56,198 nucleotides of DNA, from sequence record DRR723986_7891. The stretch is one strand, 5' to 3'. The notes beneath the pieces were generated by a model, which did no database searches, was not told where the DNA came from, and worked only from the letters and a program-made list of their open reading frames with translations. How positions within the stretch are numbered: the first letter of the stretch is position 1; each line of letters opens with the position of its first letter. Below, piece by piece: positions 33,753-42,114 of the stretch. Made by a program: the position numbers and the translations under genes.

Positions 33753-33757
33753 AAAAG

Positions 33758-35098
33758 ATGAACGTGATTGCCCGCAGTACCGATTTGGCGCTGTCCAGGA
33801 TGCTGGAGACCTATGAGCATCCCGCCATTCTCGTCAGCCCGGACTACGAGATACTGGCGACCAATGCGCTGTACCAGGACAAGTTTGGCGAGGCGGAAGG
33901 CGCTGGCGAGCCCGCGCGCTGCTATGAGGTTTCCCACGGATACGACCGCCCCTGCGACCAGGCTGGCGAGGAGTGTCCATTGGCGGCGGCAAGACTGTCA
34001 GGCCACCGCGAGCGGGTATTGCACATCCACCAGACGCCGCGCGGTGAAGAGCATGTGGATGTCGAGATGCTCCCGATCCTGGATGAGGACGGCGAGCTGG
34101 AGTTTTTCGTTGAACTACTCAAGCCGGTCAGTGTGGCGGGGATACGCCAGCCAGGCGCGGCGATGGTGGGCTCCAGTCCGGCCTTCAACCAGATGCTGTC
34201 GCTGATTTCGCGGGTGGCCCCGGAAGAGGCGGCGGTGTTGCTGCTCGGTGAATCCGGTTGCGGCAAGGAGCTTGCCGCCCACGCCCTGCACCAGTCCAGT
34301 CGGCGGGCAGGGCGCCCCATGGTGACCCTGGAGTGTGCCGGGCTCACGGAAACCCTGTTCGAGAGCGAACTGTTCGGCCACGTCAAAGGCGCTTTTACCG
34401 GCGCCAATTATACCCGCAAGGGTCTGGTGGAGGCGGCTGATGGCGGTACCCTGTTCCTCGATGAGGTGGGAGACATTCCGCTGGCCCTGCAGGTTAAACT
34501 GCTGCGCCTGATCGAGACCGGCACGTATCGCCCGGTAGGCAGCAGCGAGGTCAAGCACGCCAACTTCAGGCTGGTCAGCGCCACCCATCGCAACCTGGGC
34601 CGAATGGTGGAAGAGGGCGAGTTCCGCCAGGATCTCTACTACCGTATCAACGTATTCCCGATTGACGTGCCATCGCTTGCCGACCGCTTGGAAGATCTGC
34701 CGCTGCTGGCAAGTGCCATCCTCAAAGACGCGGGGCAGGGCAAGAGCTTTCATCTTACCGAGTCGGCTCTTGCCTTGCTCAAGGCACACAGCTTCCGCGG
34801 TAATATCAGGGAGCTGAGAAACATCCTGGCTCGCGCCGTTATCCTGGCCGACACCAATGTGCTTGATCGCGCGGTGCTGGGTAGGTGTCTGGCGGGCAAC
34901 TCCCAGGCGACCGTTGAGGACTGCAGCCTGAAGGCGGTGGAGCAGCGGCACTTGCAAGGGCTGATGGCACGGTTCGCCGGTGACAAGGAGCGAGTAGCCC
35001 GGGCGGCCGGTATCAGCGTCCGTTCGCTGTATCGAAGATTAGAGCAGGGCAGGGATGACGGCCCTGCCGCATCGGCAGGCAGCGGGGTGGCGATATGA
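33758..35098 (+). CDS. fisR: sigma54-dependent Fis-family activator, polysulfide-sensing FisR-like
   Basis: PAS-like N-domain with C-x10-C-x6-[30 protein letters not shown] and a Fis HTH; divergent from pdo. Confidence 0.85.
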   Translation: MNVIARSTDLALSRMLETYEHPAILVSPDYEILATNALYQDKFGEAEGAGEPARCYEVSHGYDRPCDQAGEECPLAAARLSGHRERVLHIHQTPRGEEHVDVEMLPILDEDGELEFFVELLKPVSVAGIRQPGAAMVGSSPAFNQMLSLISRVAPEEAAVLLLGESGCGKELAAHALHQSSRRAGRPMVTLECAGLTETLFESELFGHVKGAFTGANYTRKGLVEAADGGTLFLDEVGDIPLALQVKLLRLIETGTYRPVGSSEVKHANFRLVSATHRNLGRMVEEGEFRQDLYYRINVFPIDVPSLADRLEDLPLLASAILKDAGQGKSFHLTESALALLKAHSFRGNIRELRNILARAVILADTNVLDRAVLGRCLAGNSQATVEDCSLKAVEQRHLQGLMARFAGDKERVARAAGISVRSLYRRLEQGRDDGPAASAGSGVAI

Positions 35099-35700
35099 GT
35101 ACGGCGATTACCCTGTTCGATTTGCTCGGTGTTGCTGTGTTTGCAATCAGCGGCGCGCTCGCAGCCGCCGAGAAGCGGCTGGATATCCTCGGGTTTATCC
35201 TGTTCGGCACCATAACCGGTATTGGTGGCGGCACCTTGCGTGACCTGCTGTTGAACACCGACCAGGTCTTCTGGATTACCGATACGCGCTACCTGTGGAC
35301 CTGCATCGGCGCGGCCTGTCTCACCTGGTTCCTCGCGCCCCAGTTCCAGTCCCTGCACAAGGTGCTGCTCTGGGCTGACGCATTGGGCCTGGCCCTGTTC
35401 TGCGTGCTGGGCACGGCCAAGGCACTGGCCTGGAATGCGCCGGTGATCGTCGCGGTGGGCATGGGCATGATGACCGCCAGTTTTGGTTCACTGATCAGGG
35501 ACGGACTGCTGGGCAGGCCACCGGTGTTACTGGAACCCAATATCTACGTGACCGCAGCACTGCTGGGGGCGGCAAGCTATAGCGGGATGCTGATGCTGGG
35601 GGTAGGGGACACGTGGGCGATGCCGGTTGCCATCGCCGCAGCGTTTACCCTGCGGGCGCTGGCCATCCTGTTTGACCTGCGCCTGCGGAAGTACGCTTAA
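35095..35700 (+). CDS. Trimeric intracellular cation channel family membrane protein (UPF0126/YadS-like)
   Basis: FAISGAL, GIGGGTLRDLLL, DALGLALF and GSLIRD; ATGA overlap with fisR. Confidence 0.88.
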   Translation: MSTAITLFDLLGVAVFAISGALAAAEKRLDILGFILFGTITGIGGGTLRDLLLNTDQVFWITDTRYLWTCIGAACLTWFLAPQFQSLHKVLLWADALGLALFCVLGTAKALAWNAPVIVAVGMGMMTASFGSLIRDGLLGRPPVLLEPNIYVTAALLGAASYSGMLMLGVGDTWAMPVAIAAAFTLRALAILFDLRLRKYA

Positions 35701-35936
35701 GCCGTTCCACTGCGGGGCCTGATAACCGGCAGGTCTTTCGGGAGGTATCTGATATGAATAAACAGTCCAAGCGGCTGGTACCCGGCAACAGGCAGCGAAG
35801 ATTTTCAATTAAAACAGGGTATTGCGGCCAGGCCATTAGATTCTTTCGAGGTTTTAGCTGCTTGCGGGTCGCAACCAACCGGTGGTCCGCCTGCTACAGT
35901 TAGCCGTGAACGAAGAGGCGACGGATTGTCTTCGTG

Positions 35937-36371
35937 ATGAGAACCTACCAGATTGGACCGGTGGGCTTCTGTCCTGAGGCGTGTGAACTGCACAAGGACG
36001 GTGCGGTAGAGCATGTACAGCCTCAAGTCCGTAATGTGTTGCTGTGCCTGCTTGAGCACGCGGACGATGTAGTCAGCAAGGAAACCTTGCTGGCAGAAGC
36101 CTGGAAGGGTCGCCCGGCTACGGAAGAATGCCTCACCCGATGCATTTCTATACTCCGGAAACAGCTGGACGATGACAGTAGCCGGCGTCTTATCGAAACC
36201 ATACCGCGCATAGGCTATCGCCTGCACTGTGCAGATAACGCCACGCCGAACCCGGTCCAGCCACCTGCAGGCTTCCCCGTTGAAGTCCGGGGCGATCTGG
36301 TGATTCGCCTCGGTGTAACAGCTTTGGCCCTGCTGGGTGTGGCGGCAATATTTCTCCTGATGACGCTTTGA
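35937..36371 (+). CDS. CadC/ToxR-like winged-helix regulator with a C-terminal transmembrane anchor
   Basis: VVSKETLLAEAW...LTRCISILRKQLDD...IETIPRIGYRL, ending in hydrophobic LGVTALALLGVAAIFLLMTL. Confidence 0.85.
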   Translation: MRTYQIGPVGFCPEACELHKDGAVEHVQPQVRNVLLCLLEHADDVVSKETLLAEAWKGRPATEECLTRCISILRKQLDDDSSRRLIETIPRIGYRLHCADNATPNPVQPPAGFPVEVRGDLVIRLGVTALALLGVAAIFLLMTL

Positions 36372-36418
36372 TCACCAAAATATCAGCCTTAAATCGCTCA
36401 AAAATCTGCGGTTGATCA
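36371..36418 (+). promoter_or_regulatory. Five ATC motifs phased at 11 bp (tandem winged-helix operator candidate)
   Basis: ATC begins at 36371, 36382, 36393, 36404 and 36415; a -10-like TAGGAT is at 36441. Confidence 0.6.
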
Positions 36419-36517
36419 TGTGCCACACGATACCTGGAGCTAGGATTCACAGCGCCCTGCGACACGGTCGTGTTAGCGGGTGCAAGTGAACGGAAAGCAG
36501 AGCAGGAAGAGAATGCG

Positions 36518-36883
36518 ATGGCATACACACGGTCAACACTAAATGGCTGCCTGGCCTTGGTGCTGGTGGCGGGCAGCGCGCTGGCCTCAGCGCATGATGA
36601 GCAGCATGGACAAGTGGCCTATGCGGGGGAGGGCTCCGCCAAGGCGATTTGTACGGCGATTGCGGACGACAGCGTGCTGCGTTTGAAAGGCTCGCTGCGC
36701 AGCTTGCGCAACAGTGGCCACAGGACGGAGCGGATTCACGAACAGTACGAGTGCAATAGCATGCCGCTGGACGAATTCGCCTTCAGCATGGGATCTGATG
36801 CTACCGGCAGTTACCTTGAGGACCTGTATTCGGCCCCGAAAGGAACCGTTCGGATAGAGCAGGTCGGCTCCATCGAGGAGTGA
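36518..36883 (+). CDS. Secreted DUF3718-like protein
   Basis: Signal peptide (ALASA); ICTAIADDSVLRLK...YECNSMPLDEFA two-Cys pattern recalled for DUF3718. Confidence 0.7.
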   Translation: MAYTRSTLNGCLALVLVAGSALASAHDEQHGQVAYAGEGSAKAICTAIADDSVLRLKGSLRSLRNSGHRTERIHEQYECNSMPLDEFAFSMGSDATGSYLEDLYSAPKGTVRIEQVGSIEE

Positions 36884-36998
36884 GGAGCCAGGCAGGAGGG
36901 GTCATCCGGGCAGGCATAATGTTCGCTGTCCGGGCGGCCTGACTGCCTTGCTGTGATGAGCTGTGATGAATTGGCAGAGCCAGCCGCTAAGCGCCGTA

Positions 36999-37025
36999 AT
37001 TTAACATAACATCATTATGTTGGCG
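36999..37025 (-). other. Secondary dif-like Xer site, inverted relative to dif, with a 5-bp spacer
   Basis: The minus strand reads CGCCAACATAA-TGATG-TTATGTTAAAT; the XerD arm is 11/11. Confidence 0.65.
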
Positions 37026-37679
37026 GCCATGCTGGCGGGTAAGGGCCTGTCAATCCTTGAGGCTTCTCTTACTGCTGGCCAAAAAAAACGGGATCCAACT
37101 GAAGGCGCTTATTGCCAGCCCTAAGCTCGATAGTGGGAACCCTATCAGGGCGGTTAATCGCTCAGGCTGGTTCCCGGTGTTTGTAGGTCATGTACTGGAC
37201 CTGGTGGCTGGAGCCATTGCGGTAGCTCCAAGCCGGAGGCTCAGGCCAGCAGTTGGTCGCAGCTCAAATACATCCCGGCAGACACACTGGCGTTGAATTC
37301 GGTTCACCAGGGTCCTGCGATAGCCGGTTACTGTGAGCGGTTACTCGATCGTTTCCAGTGGCTGCTCAGGAGTATGGCTTGTGATCCTTGCCACTGCGCA
37401 ACAATTGACGCAGTCGATGGGCTGTACGCAATTTCTCCGCGCTCAATTGACGTTAGCGCCACTTGCTCTAATGCATCTTGATCAAGCGTTGCTGTTGAGG
37501 CCACGCACGCCGTTGGTCGCTTTGGTGTGTTACGCCACAGGATTATGCAGCAGATCTCATCCAGTTCGGGAAATAGTCTGACGCTATGGTTTCTGGTCGT
37601 CACAGGCCTGGGAGGCCGGTTAAAAGCGTGTTTTTGCCTGTTTTGCGGCCCTGGCCCTATGCCCCGGTAAATATCCACA

Positions 37680-37707
37680 TATGCGTATAATGTATATTAT
37701 GTTAAAT
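37680..37707 (+). other. dif: Chromosomal dif site (XerC/XerD dimer resolution)
   Basis: TATGCGTATAA-TGTATA-TTATGTTAAAT versus E. coli GGTGCGCATAA-TGTATA-TTATGTTAAAT; KOPS orientation flips here. Confidence 0.95.
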
Positions 37708-37870
37708 AGTAAATATGGGCACACAGTTATGCACAGGCATGGTGTGCTGCCCTCTCTCGACCTGGTGCTCAGTTCGGGATGCCTGCGGGTAAAACGTGTC
37801 GGCGTGACCGATGAGTTTGTGCTCCTGCGGACCCGCGTCTAAGCTCATTGCACGGGAGGAACCAAATATT

Positions 37871-38389
37871 ATGTCGCTACGCTCTAGCCGCTTTGTTTTC
37901 ACTGCCTTGCTTTTGCTCCTTATGCCTGGCCTGGTTCACGGCCAGTACTGGGAGCAGGATGGCGACCCGCAATTGGGGTCGAAGATGAAAACCCGGATTC
38001 CGAAGACGGACTATCCGCTGGACAAACACTACGCCGAGTTCACTGACGAGGAAAAAGCCGCGTTCAGGAAGCCGTATGAAGGAATGCCGGCCAGCGAGAC
38101 ACCGCCGTTCCCGGCAAAGAACCTGATGGCGATCCACAATGAAATCGGACGCCTGGCGAAAGAGCGGGTTCGCAACTGGCCCCGTGGCAAAATGTTCGCC
38201 ATCGTAACGGTCAGCCCTGAGGGCCGGGCTGCCAAAGTGGAGATTTTCCAGACCCCGAACCAGGAGGCGGCCCAGATAACGAGTTATGTGCTGACCGAGA
38301 CCGAGTTCACCCCGGCTGACTGTAACGGCACACCCTGTGCGGGTGAATTCCTCTGGGAGTGGGACTACAAGGACCTGAGCATCCGCTAG
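37871..38389 (+). CDS. Secreted protein with a TonB C-terminal-like domain
   Basis: Signal peptide; PPFP...GKMFAIVTVSPEGRAAKVEI...FTPADCNGTPC. Confidence 0.65.
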   Translation: MSLRSSRFVFTALLLLLMPGLVHGQYWEQDGDPQLGSKMKTRIPKTDYPLDKHYAEFTDEEKAAFRKPYEGMPASETPPFPAKNLMAIHNEIGRLAKERVRNWPRGKMFAIVTVSPEGRAAKVEIFQTPNQEAAQITSYVLTETEFTPADCNGTPCAGEFLWEWDYKDLSIR

Positions 38390-38409
38390 GACGCGCCGGG
38401 TTGGCGCCG

Positions 38410-39252
38410 CTAAAGCGCCCCGATGGTCGTCCGGTGCAGGAGCCGGTCATGGCCCTCGTAACCCCCGGTCGCCCGGTGCAGTACTGAGCGGTTGTCCCAC
38501 ATCAGCAGCATCTGCGTCTGCCATTTGTGGGTATAGGTGAACTCCGGCCTTCCCTGCCACTCCAGCAATTCCCAGAGCAGGGCAAAGGCCTCTTCTTCAG
38601 TCTTGCCTTCGATGCCGACGATATACCCGAGGCAGCCGAAGATGCCCTCCTCACCCGTTTCAGGATGGCGGGTAACCAGGGGATGACTGCGCATCTCCTT
38701 CGCTTCCTGGGACGGGCGTATATCCATGCTGCGATCGGTAGCCTGGTCCTGCTCCCCGTACATGCCCTCCGGCGCATAAGCCGCCTTGGCGGAATGAATG
38801 GCAACCAGATCCCGATAGCGTGCCTGCATCTCGGCCGGCATCTCACGCCAGGCCTTGTGCTGGTCCGAGAACAGGGTGTCGCCGCCCTCGGGCGGAATGG
38901 TCAGCCCGAGCAGGCAGGTGCCTGCGGGTGGTTTTGCCTGGAAGCTCCAGTCGGTATGCCAGTTTTCGGCAAACAGGGGTGATTGCTCATTGGCCTTGCG
39001 CTCTACCGCGATGATGTGCTCCCGCCCGGCCACCGGCGCAATGAACGGGTCCTCACCGAAGGGGCCGAAGTACTGGGTGAATCGCTCCAGGTCGTCATCT
39101 GTCATTGCCTGTCCGGGGAAGGCCAGCACGTGGTGTTCCAGCCAGGCGGCCCTGATCTCGGCTACCTGTTCGGCGCTCAGTTCACCGCCAAGATCGACGC
39201 CTGTGACGCTAGCCCCGCAGGCCTGGCCGGATGCTGTAACTGTTAAGCCCAT
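38410..39252 (-). CDS. TauD/TfdA family Fe(II)/2-oxoglutarate dioxygenase
   Basis: WHTDWSF, GGDTLF, HPLVTRHPETG, WDNRSVLHRA and R.LHRTT. Confidence 0.92.
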   Translation of the reverse strand: MGLTVTASGQACGASVTGVDLGGELSAEQVAEIRAAWLEHHVLAFPGQAMTDDDLERFTQYFGPFGEDPFIAPVAGREHIIAVERKANEQSPLFAENWHTDWSFQAKPPAGTCLLGLTIPPEGGDTLFSDQHKAWREMPAEMQARYRDLVAIHSAKAAYAPEGMYGEQDQATDRSMDIRPSQEAKEMRSHPLVTRHPETGEEGIFGCLGYIVGIEGKTEEEAFALLWELLEWQGRPEFTYTHKWQTQMLLMWDNRSVLHRATGGYEGHDRLLHRTTIGAL

Positions 39253-39338
39253 GATTGGTTTCCCCGCTGATCCTGTTCTTGTAGGTCGGCATCATAGCGC
39301 AAAACCCGGTTAAGGGGCCATCTGCACCAGAGCTGCGC

Positions 39339-39716
39339 TCAGGCCAGGACGAAGGCGGAGTGGCTGCGGGCGACCGCGATGATATACAGGCCTGTCGCCA
39401 GCGCCAGCCAGAATGCCCCGATCCTCGTGGCGCGGGATTGCCCGAACCGCAGGGCCACCATCCCCAGGCCGATGTACACCAGCAGGGCCAGGATCTTTGC
39501 CATCAGCCAGGGCGCTGCCAATGGCGACAGGCGCAGCAGGAAGAGCATACTGATGGCAGAAGCCAGCAAGGCTGTATCGATCACATGGGGCAAAATCCGG
39601 GTCAGGCGATGTTTGAGGCGCGGGTTCTGCCGAATCAGCCAGTAACCCCGCAGGGCAAAGCCACTGACCGACAGCAGGGCGCAGCTGATGTGAACAGATC
39701 TCAGTATCTCAATCAT
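39339..39716 (-). CDS. SirB2 family membrane protein
   Basis: LPHVIDTALL and WLMAKILALLVYIGLG. Confidence 0.88.
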   Translation of the reverse strand: MIEILRSVHISCALLSVSGFALRGYWLIRQNPRLKHRLTRILPHVIDTALLASAISMLFLLRLSPLAAPWLMAKILALLVYIGLGMVALRFGQSRATRIGAFWLALATGLYIIAVARSHSAFVLA

Positions 39717-39919
39717 GCGCTCTCCTCCTCATTCCCTACGGCCGGTAGGGAGGAGTATAGTTGCTCGTTTGCCGCTGGCTGCAATGTGCATAGCAGTCGC
39801 GAAGCAGCGAACTTTTCCTGCGTTGCCCGGTCTACCAAAGGCAGTAAAACCCGCGGTTTGACCCGGCGACTGACGCAGTTACACTTAGATCAATGCTGTA
39901 TCCCAAAGGTGATTTCAAC

Positions 39920-42043
39920 TTGACTATAAGACGCCGAATCTCAGGGGCCTTCCGTGCCCTGTTAGCCATTGCCCTGCTCGGCCTGGTCGCCCTGCCCGGC
40001 CTTGCCGCCATTGACTACACCGACGACCAGCGCGAAACCATGGTGGAGTTGATTGAGCAACTGGAAGAGCGGCATTACGCGAAGCTGATCTACGACGACG
40101 AATTGTCCTCCCAGCACCTCGATAATTACATCGAGAGCCTGGATGGCGGAAAGATGTTCTTTACCGCCGCTGACCTGGCCGAGTTCGAGCAATATCGCAC
40201 CATCATGGACGAAGCGCTGCACAAGGGCCGCCTTGATGCCGGGTTCGCGATCTTCAACCGCTACCAGCAGCGTCTGGAAAATCGTCTCGCCCAGGTGATC
40301 GCCGACCTGCCCGAGGCGGTCGACCAGATGGACTTCACCGTTGATGAGGAATTTATCCTCGATGGCGCTGACCGCGCCTGGGCCAGGGACGATGCCGAGC
40401 TGGACGATCGCTGGCGCAGGCACCTGAAGAACCAGGTCCTCAGCCTCAGGATGTCCGACAAGCCGCAGGAAGAAATAGCGAGCACCCTCGGCAAGCGCTA
40501 TACGACCCAGTTGAACCGGGTAAAGCAGTACAACAATCACGACGTGTTCCAGGTCTACGCCAATGCCTTGACCGAACTGTACGACCCGCATACCAATTAC
40601 CTCTCGCCGCGCCGTTCTGAAAACTTCAATATCAATATGAGTCTCTCGCTGGAGGGAATCGGCGCGGTGCTGCAGCTGGAAGACGAATACACCAAGGTGG
40701 CTCGCATCGTGGCCGCGGGCCCGGCGGACAAACAGGGTGAATTGCAGCCTTCTGACAAAATCGTAGGGGTTGGCCAGGGTGAGGACGGCGAGTTCGAGGA
40801 TGTCATCGGCTGGCGGCTGGACGAAGTCGTCGAGCTGATTCGCGGCCCCAAGGGCACAACCGTGCGCCTGGAGGTCATTCCTGCGAAAGCGAAGGCCGAC
40901 ACCCGGAAAACCATCACCATTGTTCGTAATAAGGTGAAGCTGGAGGAACAGTCCGCGCAAAGCGAGATCCTGGAAATTCCCAATGGCGAGGACACGCTCA
41001 AGGTCGGGGTGATCGATATTCCGGCTTTCTATATTGATTTCGACGCCATGCGCCGTGGCGACAAGGACTACAAGAGCACGACCCGTGACGTGAAAGCGCT
41101 ACTGGACGAGCTCCAGGCCGAAGGCGTCGATGGTATTGTCATGGACTTACGCAACAATGGCGGCGGCTCACTCCAGGAAGCTAATGACCTGACCGGGTTG
41201 TTTATTGAGTATGGGCCCACGGTGCAGATTCGACACTCTTCCCGCCGGGTCTGGCGCGACGGCAAGCGACTCAGGGGCCCCTACTACGACGGTCCCCTGG
41301 TGGTCCTGATCAACCGGCTGAGCGCGTCCGCCTCGGAGATTTTCGCCGGGGCCATCCAGGACTACCAGCGTGGCCTGATCGTCGGTGACCGCTCCTTCGG
41401 CAAAGGCACGGTACAGACCCTGATTCCCTTGACGGAGGGCCAGCTGAAACTGACCGAGAGCAAGTTCTACCGGATCTCCGGGGACAGTACCCAGCACCGC
41501 GGAGTCGTGCCGGATGTAAACTTCCCGGCCATCTATGACCCGGAGCAGATCGGGGAGAGCTCCCTGGATCACGCCCTGAACTGGGACCAGATCAACCCGG
41601 TTCGACATCGCCGCTACGATGACCTCTCCGCGGCTCTGCCGCAGATAACCGGACTGTTCCAGGAGCGTAGTGCCGCGAATCCTGACTTCGTCTATCTCCA
41701 GGAGCAGCTGGAACTTGCAGACCAGAACCGCGGCATCAAAACCCTGCCGCTGAACGAGAAGACCCGCATCGCCTTGCGCGAGGAACAGGAGGCGCGCGCG
41801 CTGGCAATCGAAAATCGCCGCCGTGCAGCCCGGGGTGAGGAATTGCTGGCGTCATTCGATGTTGAGGAGGAAGACGGCACGGACGAGGCGAGCGAGGACG
41901 CCGAAGCTGATGCTTCGACAGAGGATGAAGACACTGACGTCTTACTGGCTGAAGCCAGTAATGTGCTGGTGGATGCCCTGCTTCTGAAACGCCGGGCCTA
42001 TGCCCTGCATACGCCGGAACAGGAAGCAGAAGCTCGCAACTAG
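39920..42043 (+). CDS. prc: Carboxy-terminal processing (tail-specific) protease
   Basis: YDPHTNY, SLEGIGAVL, PDZ, DLRNNGGG, SASASEIFAGA and FGKGTVQ. The start (TTG 39920 versus ATG 39893) is uncertain. Confidence 0.94.
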   Translation: MTIRRRISGAFRALLAIALLGLVALPGLAAIDYTDDQRETMVELIEQLEERHYAKLIYDDELSSQHLDNYIESLDGGKMFFTAADLAEFEQYRTIMDEALHKGRLDAGFAIFNRYQQRLENRLAQVIADLPEAVDQMDFTVDEEFILDGADRAWARDDAELDDRWRRHLKNQVLSLRMSDKPQEEIASTLGKRYTTQLNRVKQYNNHDVFQVYANALTELYDPHTNYLSPRRSENFNINMSLSLEGIGAVLQLEDEYTKVARIVAAGPADKQGELQPSDKIVGVGQGEDGEFEDVIGWRLDEVVELIRGPKGTTVRLEVIPAKAKADTRKTITIVRNKVKLEEQSAQSEILEIPNGEDTLKVGVIDIPAFYIDFDAMRRGDKDYKSTTRDVKALLDELQAEGVDGIVMDLRNNGGGSLQEANDLTGLFIEYGPTVQIRHSSRRVWRDGKRLRGPYYDGPLVVLINRLSASASEIFAGAIQDYQRGLIVGDRSFGKGTVQTLIPLTEGQLKLTESKFYRISGDSTQHRGVVPDVNFPAIYDPEQIGESSLDHALNWDQINPVRHRRYDDLSAALPQITGLFQERSAANPDFVYLQEQLELADQNRGIKTLPLNEKTRIALREEQEARALAIENRRRAARGEELLASFDVEEEDGTDEASEDAEADASTEDEDTDVLLAEASNVLVDALLLKRRAYALHTPEQEAEARN

Positions 42044-42068
42044 CACGTCACACTATGGTGTAAGCCTG

Positions 42069-42098
42069 AAGAGCCCGGCAGTCGCCGGGCTTTTTTTT
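42069..42098 (+). terminator. Rho-independent terminator after prc
   Basis: AGCCCGGC-agtc-GCCGGGCT followed by a long T run. Confidence 0.88.
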
Positions 42099-42114
42099 GG
42101 CTAGTGAGGGCCGC

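Noticed and set aside
36950-36969. Tandem GCTGTGATGA x2
   Set aside because: Only two units, compatible with a slippage duplication; not CRISPR or iteron-like.
37057-37678. Short ORFs (62-116 aa) between the Xer sites
   Set aside because: No clear SD, atypical codon usage, mutually overlapping and no motifs; not called as CDS.
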